Below, in pieces: positions 46,720-56,243 of a stretch of 64,000 nucleotides of DNA. A model generated the notes under the pieces. The model was not told the origin of the DNA, did no database searches, and saw nothing but the letters and a program-made list of their open reading frames with translations. The position numbers and the translations under genes are program-made. The first letter of the stretch is position 1; the number at the start of each line of letters is the position of its first letter. Origin of the DNA: Nitrospirota bacterium. GTDB taxonomy: Bacteria; JACPQY01. The stretch lies in the NCBI GenBank assembly GCA_016180645.1, contig JACPAV010000019.1:14560-78559 (forward strand). Direction: 5' to 3'.

Positions 46720-48207
46720 ATGCGCAGCGACTCGATGCCTCGATTCGGAATGCTCGCCATCGTCATGGGACTGTTCGGGCTGGTGGCGGCCCTCGTCACC
46801 GCCCAAACGCTGGGCCCGGTGGGTTTGGCCATGATCGCCCTCTTCACTCTCGTTTTCCTGCTCACCTTCGTCAACCCCGAATGGATTCTGCACCTCGTCA
46901 TTCTCTCCATGCTGCTCAGCCCGGAGATCGCGTTGACTCGAGTTTCCGACACCGGCGGTCACAATGAGCTGACCCTCCGCGCGGAGGATTTTCTGCTGAT
47001 GTTCCTCGGAATCGCCTGGATGGCCCGCGTGGCCGTATACAAGGAGATCCGACAGGTCTCCCACAGCCCGATCAACGCTCCGGTTGCGGCCTTCCTGGGA
47101 TGCTGCATGATCTCGACGCTGTTCGGAATCGTCGCGGGAGCCGTGCAGCCGCTGGTCGGCGGTCTCTACCTGCTGAAATACTTCGAGTACTACTTCATCT
47201 ACTACATGGTCATCATGACGGTCGATGACGAGAAACAAGTCCGCAGACTTCTCTTCACGTTCTTCCTCACCGCCGTCATTACCTGCGTCATTGCCATGGC
47301 GCAAGTCCCCGGGGGCGGTCGGGTCACCGCCCCCTTCGAGGGCCAGGATTCGGGCGAGCCGAACACTCTGGGAGGCTACCTGGTTCTCACCTTGGGGGTC
47401 ACCCTGGGGTTCCTTTCCCACAGTCGCAGCTACTGGCAGCAAGTGGGATGGACGGCCATGTGCCTCGGCCTGATCTTCCCCCTGGCCTACACTCTCTCGC
47501 GAGCCTCCTGGGTGGCCGTGATTCCCGTCTTCCTCGGTTTCCTGGTCCTGAACTACCGGAAACGGGCCTTTCTCGTGTTTCTCGGCCCCGTCGCGTTCGT
47601 GGCGCTCGTCCTCATGATCGCTCCGGAAAGCCTGGTGGGTCGGATTCGAGGGAGAATAGACGAGACGTTTGTTATTAATGCCGGCGAGGCATCCACCCAG
47701 GAACTTTTCGGAACCCCGCTCGACGCTTCGACCTCGCAACGCGTCCAAAAATACGGCGAGGCGATCCGTCTTGCCGGGGCACACCCATTGCTCGGCCGCG
47801 GTCTGACGGGTTGGGGTATTACGGATGCCTGGTTCCCCCGCCTTCTCGTGGAAACGGGCGCCCTCGGCTTGGTGGCCTTCCTGTGGCTCCTGGTAAAAGT
47901 TCTCCAAGGCAACCGTGCCGCCGCCCACGCGCAGAGAGAACGACCGGACCCCGTGGTCCAAGGCCTCATCGCGGGACAGTTGTTGGGGTTTCTCGCGGTA
48001 ATGACACACGCCGTTGGCGCCGATACGTTCCTCATCGTCCGAATCATGGAGCCGTTCTGGCTCGTGACGGCGCTCACCTTCGCCGTTTCGCATCTCCGCC
48101 AAGTGCCGGCGGAGGTTGGCGCGGAGCCGGAACCTCCACCCTCGGCGGAAATGGACCACGACAGGGGCACGAACGCGCTCGCGCCCCGTTCAGATCACTT
48201 CCGCTGA
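46720..48207 (+). CDS. O-antigen ligase/polymerase family membrane protein (Wzy_C domain)
   Basis: About 10 or more TM segments. The LAYTLSRASWVAVIPVFLGFLVL region followed by a periplasmic loop and HPLLGRGLTGWG is characteristic of the Wzy/WaaL family. Start set at ATG 46720. Confidence 0.78.
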   Translation: MRSDSMPRFGMLAIVMGLFGLVAALVTAQTLGPVGLAMIALFTLVFLLTFVNPEWILHLVILSMLLSPEIALTRVSDTGGHNELTLRAEDFLLMFLGIAWMARVAVYKEIRQVSHSPINAPVAAFLGCCMISTLFGIVAGAVQPLVGGLYLLKYFEYYFIYYMVIMTVDDEKQVRRLLFTFFLTAVITCVIAMAQVPGGGRVTAPFEGQDSGEPNTLGGYLVLTLGVTLGFLSHSRSYWQQVGWTAMCLGLIFPLAYTLSRASWVAVIPVFLGFLVLNYRKRAFLVFLGPVAFVALVLMIAPESLVGRIRGRIDETFVINAGEASTQELFGTPLDASTSQRVQKYGEAIRLAGAHPLLGRGLTGWGITDAWFPRLLVETGALGLVAFLWLLVKVLQGNRAAAHAQRERPDPVVQGLIAGQLLGFLAVMTHAVGADTFLIVRIMEPFWLVTALTFAVSHLRQVPAEVGAEPEPPPSAEMDHDRGTNALAPRSDHFR

Positions 48208-49079
48208 TCCGCCGCCGGCCGGGATCGCGCCTGCTTTCTGCCGAGGACGTAGATGGAAGGCCCCAACAGACATCGGCCCCCCGAAATCACCCGGACCGCT
48301 TCCGCCAGGCCAAACAACACCCCTTTGAGAAGGGCGACGGCCCAACGGCCTCCGTAGGCGTCCTCCAGCACCATGGGACCGTTTCCGGCGGCCACCACGG
48401 TGAATCCGAGCCTGGCCAGCACGGCTCGGAGTGTGTCGGCATGAAAGGAGTACACATAGAGTATCGGAAGCCACGCTTTCACCCCCGACCCGAGACCCAA
48501 CCGGAGAACCAGCCGCATGGCCGGTCCGTGCAGGGCGGCATTCTTCACGCGAATCAAGAGCCAGCCCCCCTCGCTCAGGGCGGCGGCGGCCTTCCTCAAC
48601 ACGCCCACCGGATCGAGGATCGTCGGGAGCACGTCCTGGAAAACGATCGCATCCACGCTGCCCTCGCCCAAAGGAACATCCTCGATGCGGCCCGGGATGA
48701 GGTCCAGGCCGTGCTTCTCGCGAACGTAGGCCGCGCAGGCGGGAACCGGCTCGATGCCGGCGACCCCCCACCCCTGGTCTCGGGCGGCCGCCAACAGGTC
48801 TCCGTAGCCGGGCCCCACATCCATCAGCCGCGCGCCCGGCCGCGGCGCCGGGAGCAGGGCCGCCACCTTCCGGGCCAATCTTCCCCTTCCGGAGGGATGA
48901 CCTTCCCGCGTGTAGTAGCGATCCCCCCCCTCGGACAAATCCTGTTCGCTCGGAAGGCGGGCCATTCGATAACACCTGCAGACAGGGCATGACAAATAGT
49001 CACACCCATTCCGCGTGAAGGCATGCCGCAGTCGCCCCTTCTCGCAGAAGGCGCACGTCAGTCCTCCGCCGGCCGTCAT
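48195..49079 (-). CDS. SAM-dependent methyltransferase with N-terminal zinc ribbon (MT-4)
   Basis: TCAFCEKGR...SCPVCRCYRMARLP ribbon, LMDVGPGYGDLL motif I, IVFQDVLPTILDP. Confidence 0.8.
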   Translation of the reverse strand: MTAGGGLTCAFCEKGRLRHAFTRNGCDYLSCPVCRCYRMARLPSEQDLSEGGDRYYTREGHPSGRGRLARKVAALLPAPRPGARLMDVGPGYGDLLAAARDQGWGVAGIEPVPACAAYVREKHGLDLIPGRIEDVPLGEGSVDAIVFQDVLPTILDPVGVLRKAAAALSEGGWLLIRVKNAALHGPAMRLVLRLGLGSGVKAWLPILYVYSFHADTLRAVLARLGFTVVAAGNGPMVLEDAYGGRWAVALLKGVLFGLAEAVRVISGGRCLLGPSIYVLGRKQARSRPAADQRK

Positions 49080-49098
49080 CCTTCCATGCCCCGCCCGA

Positions 49099-50220
49099 TC
49101 AGGCCATGCTCTCTTCGATACAGCCCAGCACCCGCCGGGTCATCGCGAGCGAGTTGAAGGTCGCCGCGCGCCGACGGCATCGGGCGCCGAGTCGCGCCTG
49201 AAGACCGGCATCCGCAAGCAGGGATTCCAGCTTCAACGCCAAGTCTGCCTCGTCTCCCACGTTGAACAAGAGGCCGGCATCACCCACCAACTCGGGAAGG
49301 CTGGACACGTTGGAAACCAGCGCGGGGATTCCGGCGTGCATGGCCTCCAACACCGGCAGCCCAAACCCCTCGTATCGGGATGGAAAAACGAAAACGGTCG
49401 CGTGAGCGTACAGAGCGGCCAAGTCCGCGTCCTCAACCTCGCCGAGAAACCGAACGCGGGATCCCAGCCCGCTCCCTCGCATCCATTGTAAAACGTCCTC
49501 GGGAAGATTCTCCTTTCTTCCGACCACAACGACCTCGAAGCGTTTCCTCACCCCCTCCGGCAGCAGGCGATAAGCCCGCAGCAGCGTACCCACGTCTTTG
49601 TGAGACCGCAGATTGCTCACATGCAGGATGTACTCTCCGCGCACCCCGGAGGGAGGACGGGAGTTGCGCTTCCGCTCCATGAGCTTCACCAACGAGGGCC
49701 GAAGACCGAGATACACCGTCTCGATCCTGTCCGCCGAAGACCCGAACACGCGCAGAATATCCCGCTTGGTCGATTCCGAGATCGTGATCACCTTTCTGGC
49801 CTTCGCGAGAGTCAACCTGCACATGGCCCGATAGTAGAGCTTTTCCAGGCGGCCGGCCGCGTCGGGAAGAAACAGGGGAGACAGGTCGTTGATCCATGCG
49901 ATCACAACGGGCGCAAGCGCCGGCACTTTGACGTACGGTGTAAGAAACACATCCAGGCGCTCGTGCCGGCAGGACCAGGAGAGGTAGGCCTGGTCCCACC
50001 ACACCCCCGGCCACCGGCCCATCGTCGTAGTCCGGATGCGGCTCCGATCCTCCGCGCCCGGAAACACGGTATCCCGATCGCCATAGAGGTGGAACGTCCA
50101 GCGGGGGCGCTCGACCAGGGCATGCGAGAGAAACGCGCCAAGATAGGACTGGATTCCCGTATGCCGGCCCTTCGCGAACTCTCGCCAGTCAATCCCAACG
50201 TTCAGAACCCCCGTGTCCAT
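49099..50220 (-). CDS. Family 4 (GT1-fold) glycosyltransferase
   Basis: HVSNLRSHKD...FVFPSRYEGFGLPVLEAMHAGIPALVSNVSSLPE (E-x7-E). Start trimmed to ATG 50220. Confidence 0.85.
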   Translation of the reverse strand: MDTGVLNVGIDWREFAKGRHTGIQSYLGAFLSHALVERPRWTFHLYGDRDTVFPGAEDRSRIRTTTMGRWPGVWWDQAYLSWSCRHERLDVFLTPYVKVPALAPVVIAWINDLSPLFLPDAAGRLEKLYYRAMCRLTLAKARKVITISESTKRDILRVFGSSADRIETVYLGLRPSLVKLMERKRNSRPPSGVRGEYILHVSNLRSHKDVGTLLRAYRLLPEGVRKRFEVVVVGRKENLPEDVLQWMRGSGLGSRVRFLGEVEDADLAALYAHATVFVFPSRYEGFGLPVLEAMHAGIPALVSNVSSLPELVGDAGLLFNVGDEADLALKLESLLADAGLQARLGARCRRRAATFNSLAMTRRVLGCIEESMA

Positions 50221-50222
50221 GA

Positions 50223-51380
50223 CTACACGCCCGCCTCCAGCACCGACGCGTAGAGACTTTCCATCTGCCGGCACATCTCGTTCTGTGAAAACCGGATCGC
50301 CACCCACTCTTTCGCCCTTCGCCCCATGGCGGAGCTGCCGGCTGCCGCGTTCAAGCCCGCCCGAATCCCCTCCGAAAGAGCCTCCGGCGTGGGTGTGGCG
50401 ACGAGATATCCGGTCTCCCCATCCCGGATGAGCGAAGGAATGCCTCCCACCGCGGGGGCAACGCAGATTCTCTCCATGTATTCCGCCATCACGAGGGTGC
50501 GGCCCATCCCCTCGTTGAGCGACGGCTGGACGAAAACGTCCATCGCAGCCATGTAAGGCTCCGCCGGTGTCTGCCACCCCAGAAACTTGATGGCGTCGCC
50601 CATGCCCAATTCAGAGCTCAGAGATTCCAACTTTGCCCGCAGAGGTCCGTCCCCAATGATCCAAACGACCACGGACGGGTCCCGCAAAAGGGCCGCCGCT
50701 CGAACAAGGAGTTCCACTCCTTTTACCGGCACCAGCCGGGCCACGGTGCCGACGACCCGTCGGCCCGGACCCCCTCCATGCCTCGATCGAATCGTCTCGA
50801 TCTCTTCCTTCGCGGGAATTCTGAGGTCTCCGAAATCGACCCCGCTGGGGATGGATGCCAGTCGCCGACGGGGTCGAATCCCCCAACGCCGATATTCCAC
50901 CGCTCCGCTCTCCGTCAACGCGATCAACGCGTCCGTGATTCGCGCCGTGACACGCTCGATCTCCCGGTAGAGTCTGCTTTTCACCGGGCCGAAGTAGCCG
51001 TAGAACACGTGCCCGTGTGGGGTATGCACGATGACCGGCCTGCCCTTCCGCCGCACCGACCACGCCGCCCAGCGCCCCACCACGCCGCCCTTCGAAGAGT
51101 GCGTATGAACCAAATCGAAATCGTGCTTCTGCATGTATCCCCGGATCCGGGCCACCGCCCGGAGGTCCGTCCTCCATGCGATTCCCCGCCGCAGGAACTC
51201 CTCCACCTCCACCCGAACTCCCGCCTCCTGCAACATGCCCCGAAGTCCCTCCCACCGCTCGCTCGGGCCGGTCACCAAGTGAACCTCGTGGCCCCTCCGG
51301 GCGAAATGGGCGGCGCTGTGAACCGTGCTCTCCGCCGATCCCCCCGGATCGAGGCGCGTGATGACATGGAGAATCTTCAA
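50223..51380 (-). CDS. Family 4 (GT1-fold) glycosyltransferase
   Basis: MKILHVITRLDPGGSAES..., TVARLVPVKG, FVQPSLNEGMGRTLVMAEYMERICVAPAVGGIPSLI. Confidence 0.85.
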   Translation of the reverse strand: MKILHVITRLDPGGSAESTVHSAAHFARRGHEVHLVTGPSERWEGLRGMLQEAGVRVEVEEFLRRGIAWRTDLRAVARIRGYMQKHDFDLVHTHSSKGGVVGRWAAWSVRRKGRPVIVHTPHGHVFYGYFGPVKSRLYREIERVTARITDALIALTESGAVEYRRWGIRPRRRLASIPSGVDFGDLRIPAKEEIETIRSRHGGGPGRRVVGTVARLVPVKGVELLVRAAALLRDPSVVVWIIGDGPLRAKLESLSSELGMGDAIKFLGWQTPAEPYMAAMDVFVQPSLNEGMGRTLVMAEYMERICVAPAVGGIPSLIRDGETGYLVATPTPEALSEGIRAGLNAAAGSSAMGRRAKEWVAIRFSQNEMCRQMESLYASVLEAGV

Positions 51381-51396
51381 GTGCGCCCTTGTCGAT

Positions 51397-52563
51397 TCAA
51401 AACCGGTAGTACTCCGTGCACTTGTTGCAGGCGGGGTATTCGCCGCGCTCTTTCAGGTCCCGCCGAAATCGAACGTAGGCCTCGTTGTTCCAGATGGCCT
51501 CAAAAGCCTCCAGCCGGATGTTCCCGAAGGAAAGATTCATGGACTCGCACGCCCGCACGGTTCCGTCCGGGAAGATGTAGCATTGAAGCCAGGGGCTCGC
51601 GCAGGAGTGCGAATAGCTCAAGGGATTGAACCACGGCTCCGCATAGTACCGACCGATTTCACTCTCCTCGTAGTTCGGGTAAAAGAACACCGGCACCCGG
51701 TACCGGCGCTTGCGGATGGCGCGCATCTGCTCCAACAGCTTCGCGGCGTCGATGCGCGGCGGGGCCTCCCTGACGAACCCCCCCCAATCCGGGCTGACCT
51801 CGCCGAAGCTCGATCCGAAGACCTCACGGTGGACCTCGTATACTCCGGGACCGAGATAGACCGGATGATGAAACGTAATCGATTCCACTTCCGACCGCTC
51901 CGCCACTCGGATCGTGTCCTCCAGACAATCCACATTCTCCGGATTCAATGTGCTGTTGAGGTGGATCACCGGATACCGCCCCATCCTCCGGGCCCGCGCC
52001 GCGCGCACGGCGTCCACCCCCTCCATCGCGCGCCTGAAAGAGCCATCCTGCCCGCGGATCTCATCGTGAACCTTCTCCGGTCCGTCCACCGACACGATAA
52101 TCTCCCGCAGACCCGCCTCCACCAGGTCGTCGGCCTTGCCCGCCAAGCCGGAGGCGTTCGTGATCATGTTCGTGCGGAGACCCCGCGAGGCGGCGTACCG
52201 GACGAGCGGCACGAGATCTCGATACAACAGCGGCTCGCCTCCGAACAACGTGAGAGTCGGACGGAAATCCGCGACGCCATCCACCAGTCGCATCAAGACA
52301 TCGAGGGGAAGCGATTCACGCAACTGATCGCGGGTGTAGCTCAGGAAAGACCCGTTCTCACCCCACTGGCCGCACATGCGGCAGCGAAGATTGCAATGGG
52401 ACGTGAGAACCAGCGTGATCGTCTCGGGATGCAACGCCCGCCCTCTCAGCCATCGGCGCGCCCAGAAGCCCTGGACCCTCGACCAAGCCGCCCGCGCGGC
52501 GTAACCGGGTTGCGATATCGCCTTCCTCGCCAGCCGATCGCGATGACGCAGAACTCCCCGCAT
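51397..52563 (-). CDS. Radical SAM enzyme with C-terminal SPASM/twitch domain
   Basis: CNLRCRMC (CxxxCxxC) cluster motif, GGEPLL, and the C-terminal CASPWLQCYIFPDGTVRAC...GN...IW...YPACNKC cysteine pattern. Confidence 0.85.
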   Translation of the reverse strand: MRGVLRHRDRLARKAISQPGYAARAAWSRVQGFWARRWLRGRALHPETITLVLTSHCNLRCRMCGQWGENGSFLSYTRDQLRESLPLDVLMRLVDGVADFRPTLTLFGGEPLLYRDLVPLVRYAASRGLRTNMITNASGLAGKADDLVEAGLREIIVSVDGPEKVHDEIRGQDGSFRRAMEGVDAVRAARARRMGRYPVIHLNSTLNPENVDCLEDTIRVAERSEVESITFHHPVYLGPGVYEVHREVFGSSFGEVSPDWGGFVREAPPRIDAAKLLEQMRAIRKRRYRVPVFFYPNYEESEIGRYYAEPWFNPLSYSHSCASPWLQCYIFPDGTVRACESMNLSFGNIRLEAFEAIWNNEAYVRFRRDLKERGEYPACNKCTEYYRF

Positions 52564-52726
52564 CGGCTAGTACCGCCTTGAATAATTCATGGAAGCGCTC
52601 CCAGCGTGGTGGCGGTGCGGTAGCCCCGCTCTCAGCAAGCGATTCTCGAATAGAGGCGGGGCGTATGTACCATGTTGCCACGCCGAGCCGATGTTCGAAC
52701 TGATCAAGTACTTGGGCAACATGGTG

Positions 52727-53926
52727 CTATCTCCCGAACCGGCGCTCGAAGACGCTCACCATGCGCTCCAAGTCCATCGGTCGAACCCACGGGTGGACAG
52801 GCAGGGTGAGCAGTCGCGGCGCCAGTTGCTCCGCATGCGGGAACTCCTCCCGGCCGGGCGGGAACCCTTCCGGATAGCTTTGGCTCACCGTGCGTGGAAA
52901 CATCACCGAAGCATCCATTCCCTCTCTCCAGAGATCCTCCCGCACCGCGCGCACCTTTTCAAGAGACTCGATGATGACCGGCAGGCGGGTGAAAGCGGGA
53001 AATCCGCCCGCTCCGATCCGCGGCACGTGAACGCCCTTCATCTTTCCCAGCCACGCATGCAGGTAGCGGCCGTTCATCATCCGCCTGTAGCTCTCCCCTT
53101 CGAGCCGCGGCCAGCTTCGCTCCAGCAGGCTTGCCCTCGCCCGATCCATCGAAAAGTAGGACAGCGTCTCATGGCGGCGGCTGGACTTGAAGAGCCGCCA
53201 AAACGGATAGCCCCATCCATAGAGCCGGGGCCTTGAGGCCATCCCCAGTCCGACGAGAAGAAACGGCAAGGCGGCTCTTGACACGAACGGACGCGCCGGC
53301 AGTTCCGCCTCCAGCGACCTCATCCGATCTCCCAGGTCGGCCTCCCGAGCCACGGCGCTCCCCCCCCCGTAAGCCGAAAGGTTCTTCCCCCTCTCGAAGC
53401 TGAAAAAGGAGGCCGCGCCGTGTCGCCCCGCCCAATCCCCCCGAAGCCTGGACCCGAGAGCCTGGGCCGCATCCTCCACCACGGCGGCGCCCCTCGTCTC
53501 CGCCATCCGGAGGATCGCATCCACCTCCAACGGAAACCCGAACAGATGGACAACGACCACGGCCAGTGTCTCACGGCCTACCACCTGCTCCAGGGCCGGC
53601 AGGTCATAGCCCAAGGTGTCCGGATCCACGTCGCACAACCGGGTCGCGAGCCCGGCCTTCCCCACCACGAGGTGCAAGCCCGGAACCGTGTAGGCCGGGA
53701 GAACCACTTCCCGGCGATCGGACCGCTCCTTCAGCGCGCGGAGGATGAGCGAAAAGGCGGCGCTGCCCGATCCCGCCAGGGAGGGATCCCTCCCAAAATG
53801 ACGGCGCAGCGTTTCGCGAAAGGATTCAACCGAGCCCCTGCGCGCGGAAAAACTCGCGATCAGGATGTCCCGGAAACGGATCCGAACCGCGGCAGGAGGG
53901 ACTTTCCTGATTCTACTTCGCCCCAT
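52727..53926 (-). CDS. DegT/DnrJ/EryC1/StrS-family sugar aminotransferase
   Basis: VVLPAYTVPGLHLVV..., VVVVHLFGFPLEVDAI, VVEDAAQALGS, FFSFERGKNLSA (PLP Lys region). Start trimmed to ATG 53926. Confidence 0.83.
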   Translation of the reverse strand: MGRSRIRKVPPAAVRIRFRDILIASFSARRGSVESFRETLRRHFGRDPSLAGSGSAAFSLILRALKERSDRREVVLPAYTVPGLHLVVGKAGLATRLCDVDPDTLGYDLPALEQVVGRETLAVVVVHLFGFPLEVDAILRMAETRGAAVVEDAAQALGSRLRGDWAGRHGAASFFSFERGKNLSAYGGGSAVAREADLGDRMRSLEAELPARPFVSRAALPFLLVGLGMASRPRLYGWGYPFWRLFKSSRRHETLSYFSMDRARASLLERSWPRLEGESYRRMMNGRYLHAWLGKMKGVHVPRIGAGGFPAFTRLPVIIESLEKVRAVREDLWREGMDASVMFPRTVSQSYPEGFPPGREEFPHAEQLAPRLLTLPVHPWVRPMDLERMVSVFERRFGR

Positions 53927-53976
53927 CCGTGGTCCAGCCGCCGATGATTGCGGAGCCGTGCTGATCGGAAAGCGGG

Positions 53977-56229
53977 TTACGAACGCAGGTTCAGCCGTTC
54001 GCGCGCGGCCTGGATTCGACCCTTGAGCTTCTTGAACTGGGCCGCAAGACTCGGCCCCACCCGCTCGTGTTTCTGAGGATAGCCGTAGGTGTACGTCCCG
54101 CGTCCCATCCGGTAGCGGTAGGCCGGATACATGCCTCCGATCTTGAAATCGACGTCGTTGAGCACCACACCCAGCACCTTCCCGCCGACTTTCTCGATCG
54201 CCTCGACCGCTCTGCGCACAAGCTGCCGGCCCGTCTTGCCCCAGCGATACACCAGGATCACCCCGTCGGTCGCCGGCGCAACGATCGTCGCATCCGAGAC
54301 CGGCAGCACGGGCGGACAATCCACCAAGACGATGTCAAAGGTCTTCCGGAACTGCTCGATGAGATGACCGCGAACAAAGGAGCCCAGAACATCCGGAGGA
54401 TTGAGCGGCGTCTCGCCGGCGGGGATGACGGAAAGGTTCTCCAGGCCCGGCGTCAGCTTCAGGAAATCAAGGCTCAACTCCGAGAGCATCAGATCCGTCA
54501 CGTCACGGAGAACGTCCTGCAGTTGGGAGGTCCCGTGGACCAGCTCCACCAGCCCCGGTTTCGGAGCAAACTTGAGGACGTTCTTGTACACCGGGCGACG
54601 CGTGTTGCCTTCGATCAGCAGCGTCTTGAGTCCGCTCTGGGCGAAGCAGATGGCCAGGTTCATCATGGTGGTGGATTTGCCCTCCTGAGGCATCGCGCTC
54701 GTGGCCGTGAAGACCCTTCCCCCCTCGCCCGTCTTCCAGAGATGCATCTTGAGGGCGCGGTAACTCTCGGCCACCACCGACTTGGGCTGGAGATGCGTCA
54801 CCAAACGATGGACCTCGTGCCCCAACCCCTGCGCCGCCTCGCGCACCGCGGGGGACATGTCCCGCTCCGTCTCCATGGGCTCGTAGTGAGGAATCACCCC
54901 GAGCACGGGCAGGCCCAGGTACTTCTCCACCTCCTCGATCGTCACCAGCGAGAAATCGAGACTCTCCTGCACAAAAGCGAGGCCGATGCCGAGGACCAGC
55001 CCGAGGATGACAACCGCAAAAAGCGCTCCCCACGACTTCCGCACCAACGGGACCGCCGGGACCATCGCCGGCTGAACGATCCGCACATTGTCCGCGCGGA
55101 TCGAATTCTGAAGCTTGACTTCCTGGTACTTCTCCTCGAGGCTCGCCAGAATCTTTTGAACGATCTCCAGCTCCCGGTCCATCCGCCCAAGCTCGATCTG
55201 CTGGTGCAGGGCCGTTCGGTGCTTCTGGTCCAATTCGACGATTTTCTTGTAGACCTCGTTCAGTTGTTTGTCCCATCGTTTCCGCACTTCCTCGGCCTGT
55301 TTCAGCAGGTCCCGCTCATAACTCTTGCGCCGCAGCCGAAGATCCGCCATCGTCGGGTGCTCCTCCGTCAGCCCCACCGCCAGCGATTTCTCCTCCGCCA
55401 GGAGACCGCTGTACGTTTGGTACATCGCCACGAAGGACTGACCGACATCCTCCCCCGAGAAAGGCGAGTATTCTCCGGACGCGCCCTCCGGTGAATTGAG
55501 GCGCTCGATGAAGCGTTCCATGTCCCCCAGCGCCGCCTCGAGGTGATTGCGCTCTTCCATGAGATTCGTAAAATTGGTCACGTAGAGTTGGGTCTCGGAC
55601 GGCAGATCCAGGATGTTGTGCTTCTCTTTGAACTCGATGAGCTCCTTCTCAACCTTGTTCAGGGAATCGACGAGCACTCCCCGCTGCTCCTTCACGAACC
55701 AGTCCGCCTCGCTGTTCCGGGTCTCCGCCGTCATCCGGCTGTAGGCCCGATACTCCTCCGCCACCGCCTGGGCCAGATCGCGCGCCCGGAGCGCGGTGCC
55801 CGCCACCGCAAGAATCTCGATGATGTTGGTATTCTCCTGAGGGCTGGCGCGCACGCTGTCCTGGAGGCGCCGAACCTGGGACTGGAAACTCGGATCGAGC
55901 ACGATCTCCTCCTCGGTCTTGTCCTTCGGGACATCCCCAAGCCTCTTGGCCACCTGGGCCAGGACGGGAAAACTGGTCATGATCGTGCTCTCCGTGGCAA
56001 TTTTTCCCCGCGCGGTCGAATACCGCGTAAACAGTTGTTGGAAAGTAACCTCCTCCTTGATTTCCACGCTGGCCTTCGATTCGTAGAGCGGCTCCTTGGA
56101 TTGGACGACAAACCATCCCACGAAGAAACCGACGCCTACGGTGATGAAGATGATGAACTTTCGCCGCCTGAGAATGCGGAGGATGTCCGAGAGATCGGCC
56201 CTGGTTTCGGGCTTCCTAATTTCGGCCAC
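53977..56229 (-). CDS. wzc: Polysaccharide co-polymerase / tyrosine autokinase (Wzc/GumC-like)
   Basis: Wzz-type N-terminus (LSDILRILRRRKFIIFITVGVGFFVGWF), a long coiled-coil periplasmic region, a second TM, the Walker A motif SAMPQEGKSTTMMNLA, and a Tyr-rich tail (YPAYRYRMGRGTYTYGY). Confidence 0.88.
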   Translation of the reverse strand: MAEIRKPETRADLSDILRILRRRKFIIFITVGVGFFVGWFVVQSKEPLYESKASVEIKEEVTFQQLFTRYSTARGKIATESTIMTSFPVLAQVAKRLGDVPKDKTEEEIVLDPSFQSQVRRLQDSVRASPQENTNIIEILAVAGTALRARDLAQAVAEEYRAYSRMTAETRNSEADWFVKEQRGVLVDSLNKVEKELIEFKEKHNILDLPSETQLYVTNFTNLMEERNHLEAALGDMERFIERLNSPEGASGEYSPFSGEDVGQSFVAMYQTYSGLLAEEKSLAVGLTEEHPTMADLRLRRKSYERDLLKQAEEVRKRWDKQLNEVYKKIVELDQKHRTALHQQIELGRMDRELEIVQKILASLEEKYQEVKLQNSIRADNVRIVQPAMVPAVPLVRKSWGALFAVVILGLVLGIGLAFVQESLDFSLVTIEEVEKYLGLPVLGVIPHYEPMETERDMSPAVREAAQGLGHEVHRLVTHLQPKSVVAESYRALKMHLWKTGEGGRVFTATSAMPQEGKSTTMMNLAICFAQSGLKTLLIEGNTRRPVYKNVLKFAPKPGLVELVHGTSQLQDVLRDVTDLMLSELSLDFLKLTPGLENLSVIPAGETPLNPPDVLGSFVRGHLIEQFRKTFDIVLVDCPPVLPVSDATIVAPATDGVILVYRWGKTGRQLVRRAVEAIEKVGGKVLGVVLNDVDFKIGGMYPAYRYRMGRGTYTYGYPQKHERVGPSLAAQFKKLKGRIQAARERLNLRS

Positions 56230-56243
56230 GTGAGACTCTTATA

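Noticed and set aside
45598-48207. Two huge overlapping ORFs on opposite strands (853 aa minus, 811 aa plus)
   Set aside because: Only the 3' third of the minus ORF (GT2, 45598-46617) and the 3' two-thirds of the plus ORF (Wzy-like, 46720-48207) have recognisable protein features. The remainders are R/G/P/H-rich antisense shadows of each other, typical of high-GC DNA.
54067-55494. 475-aa plus-strand ORF
   Set aside because: It is antisense to wzc, which has Walker A and Wzz features.
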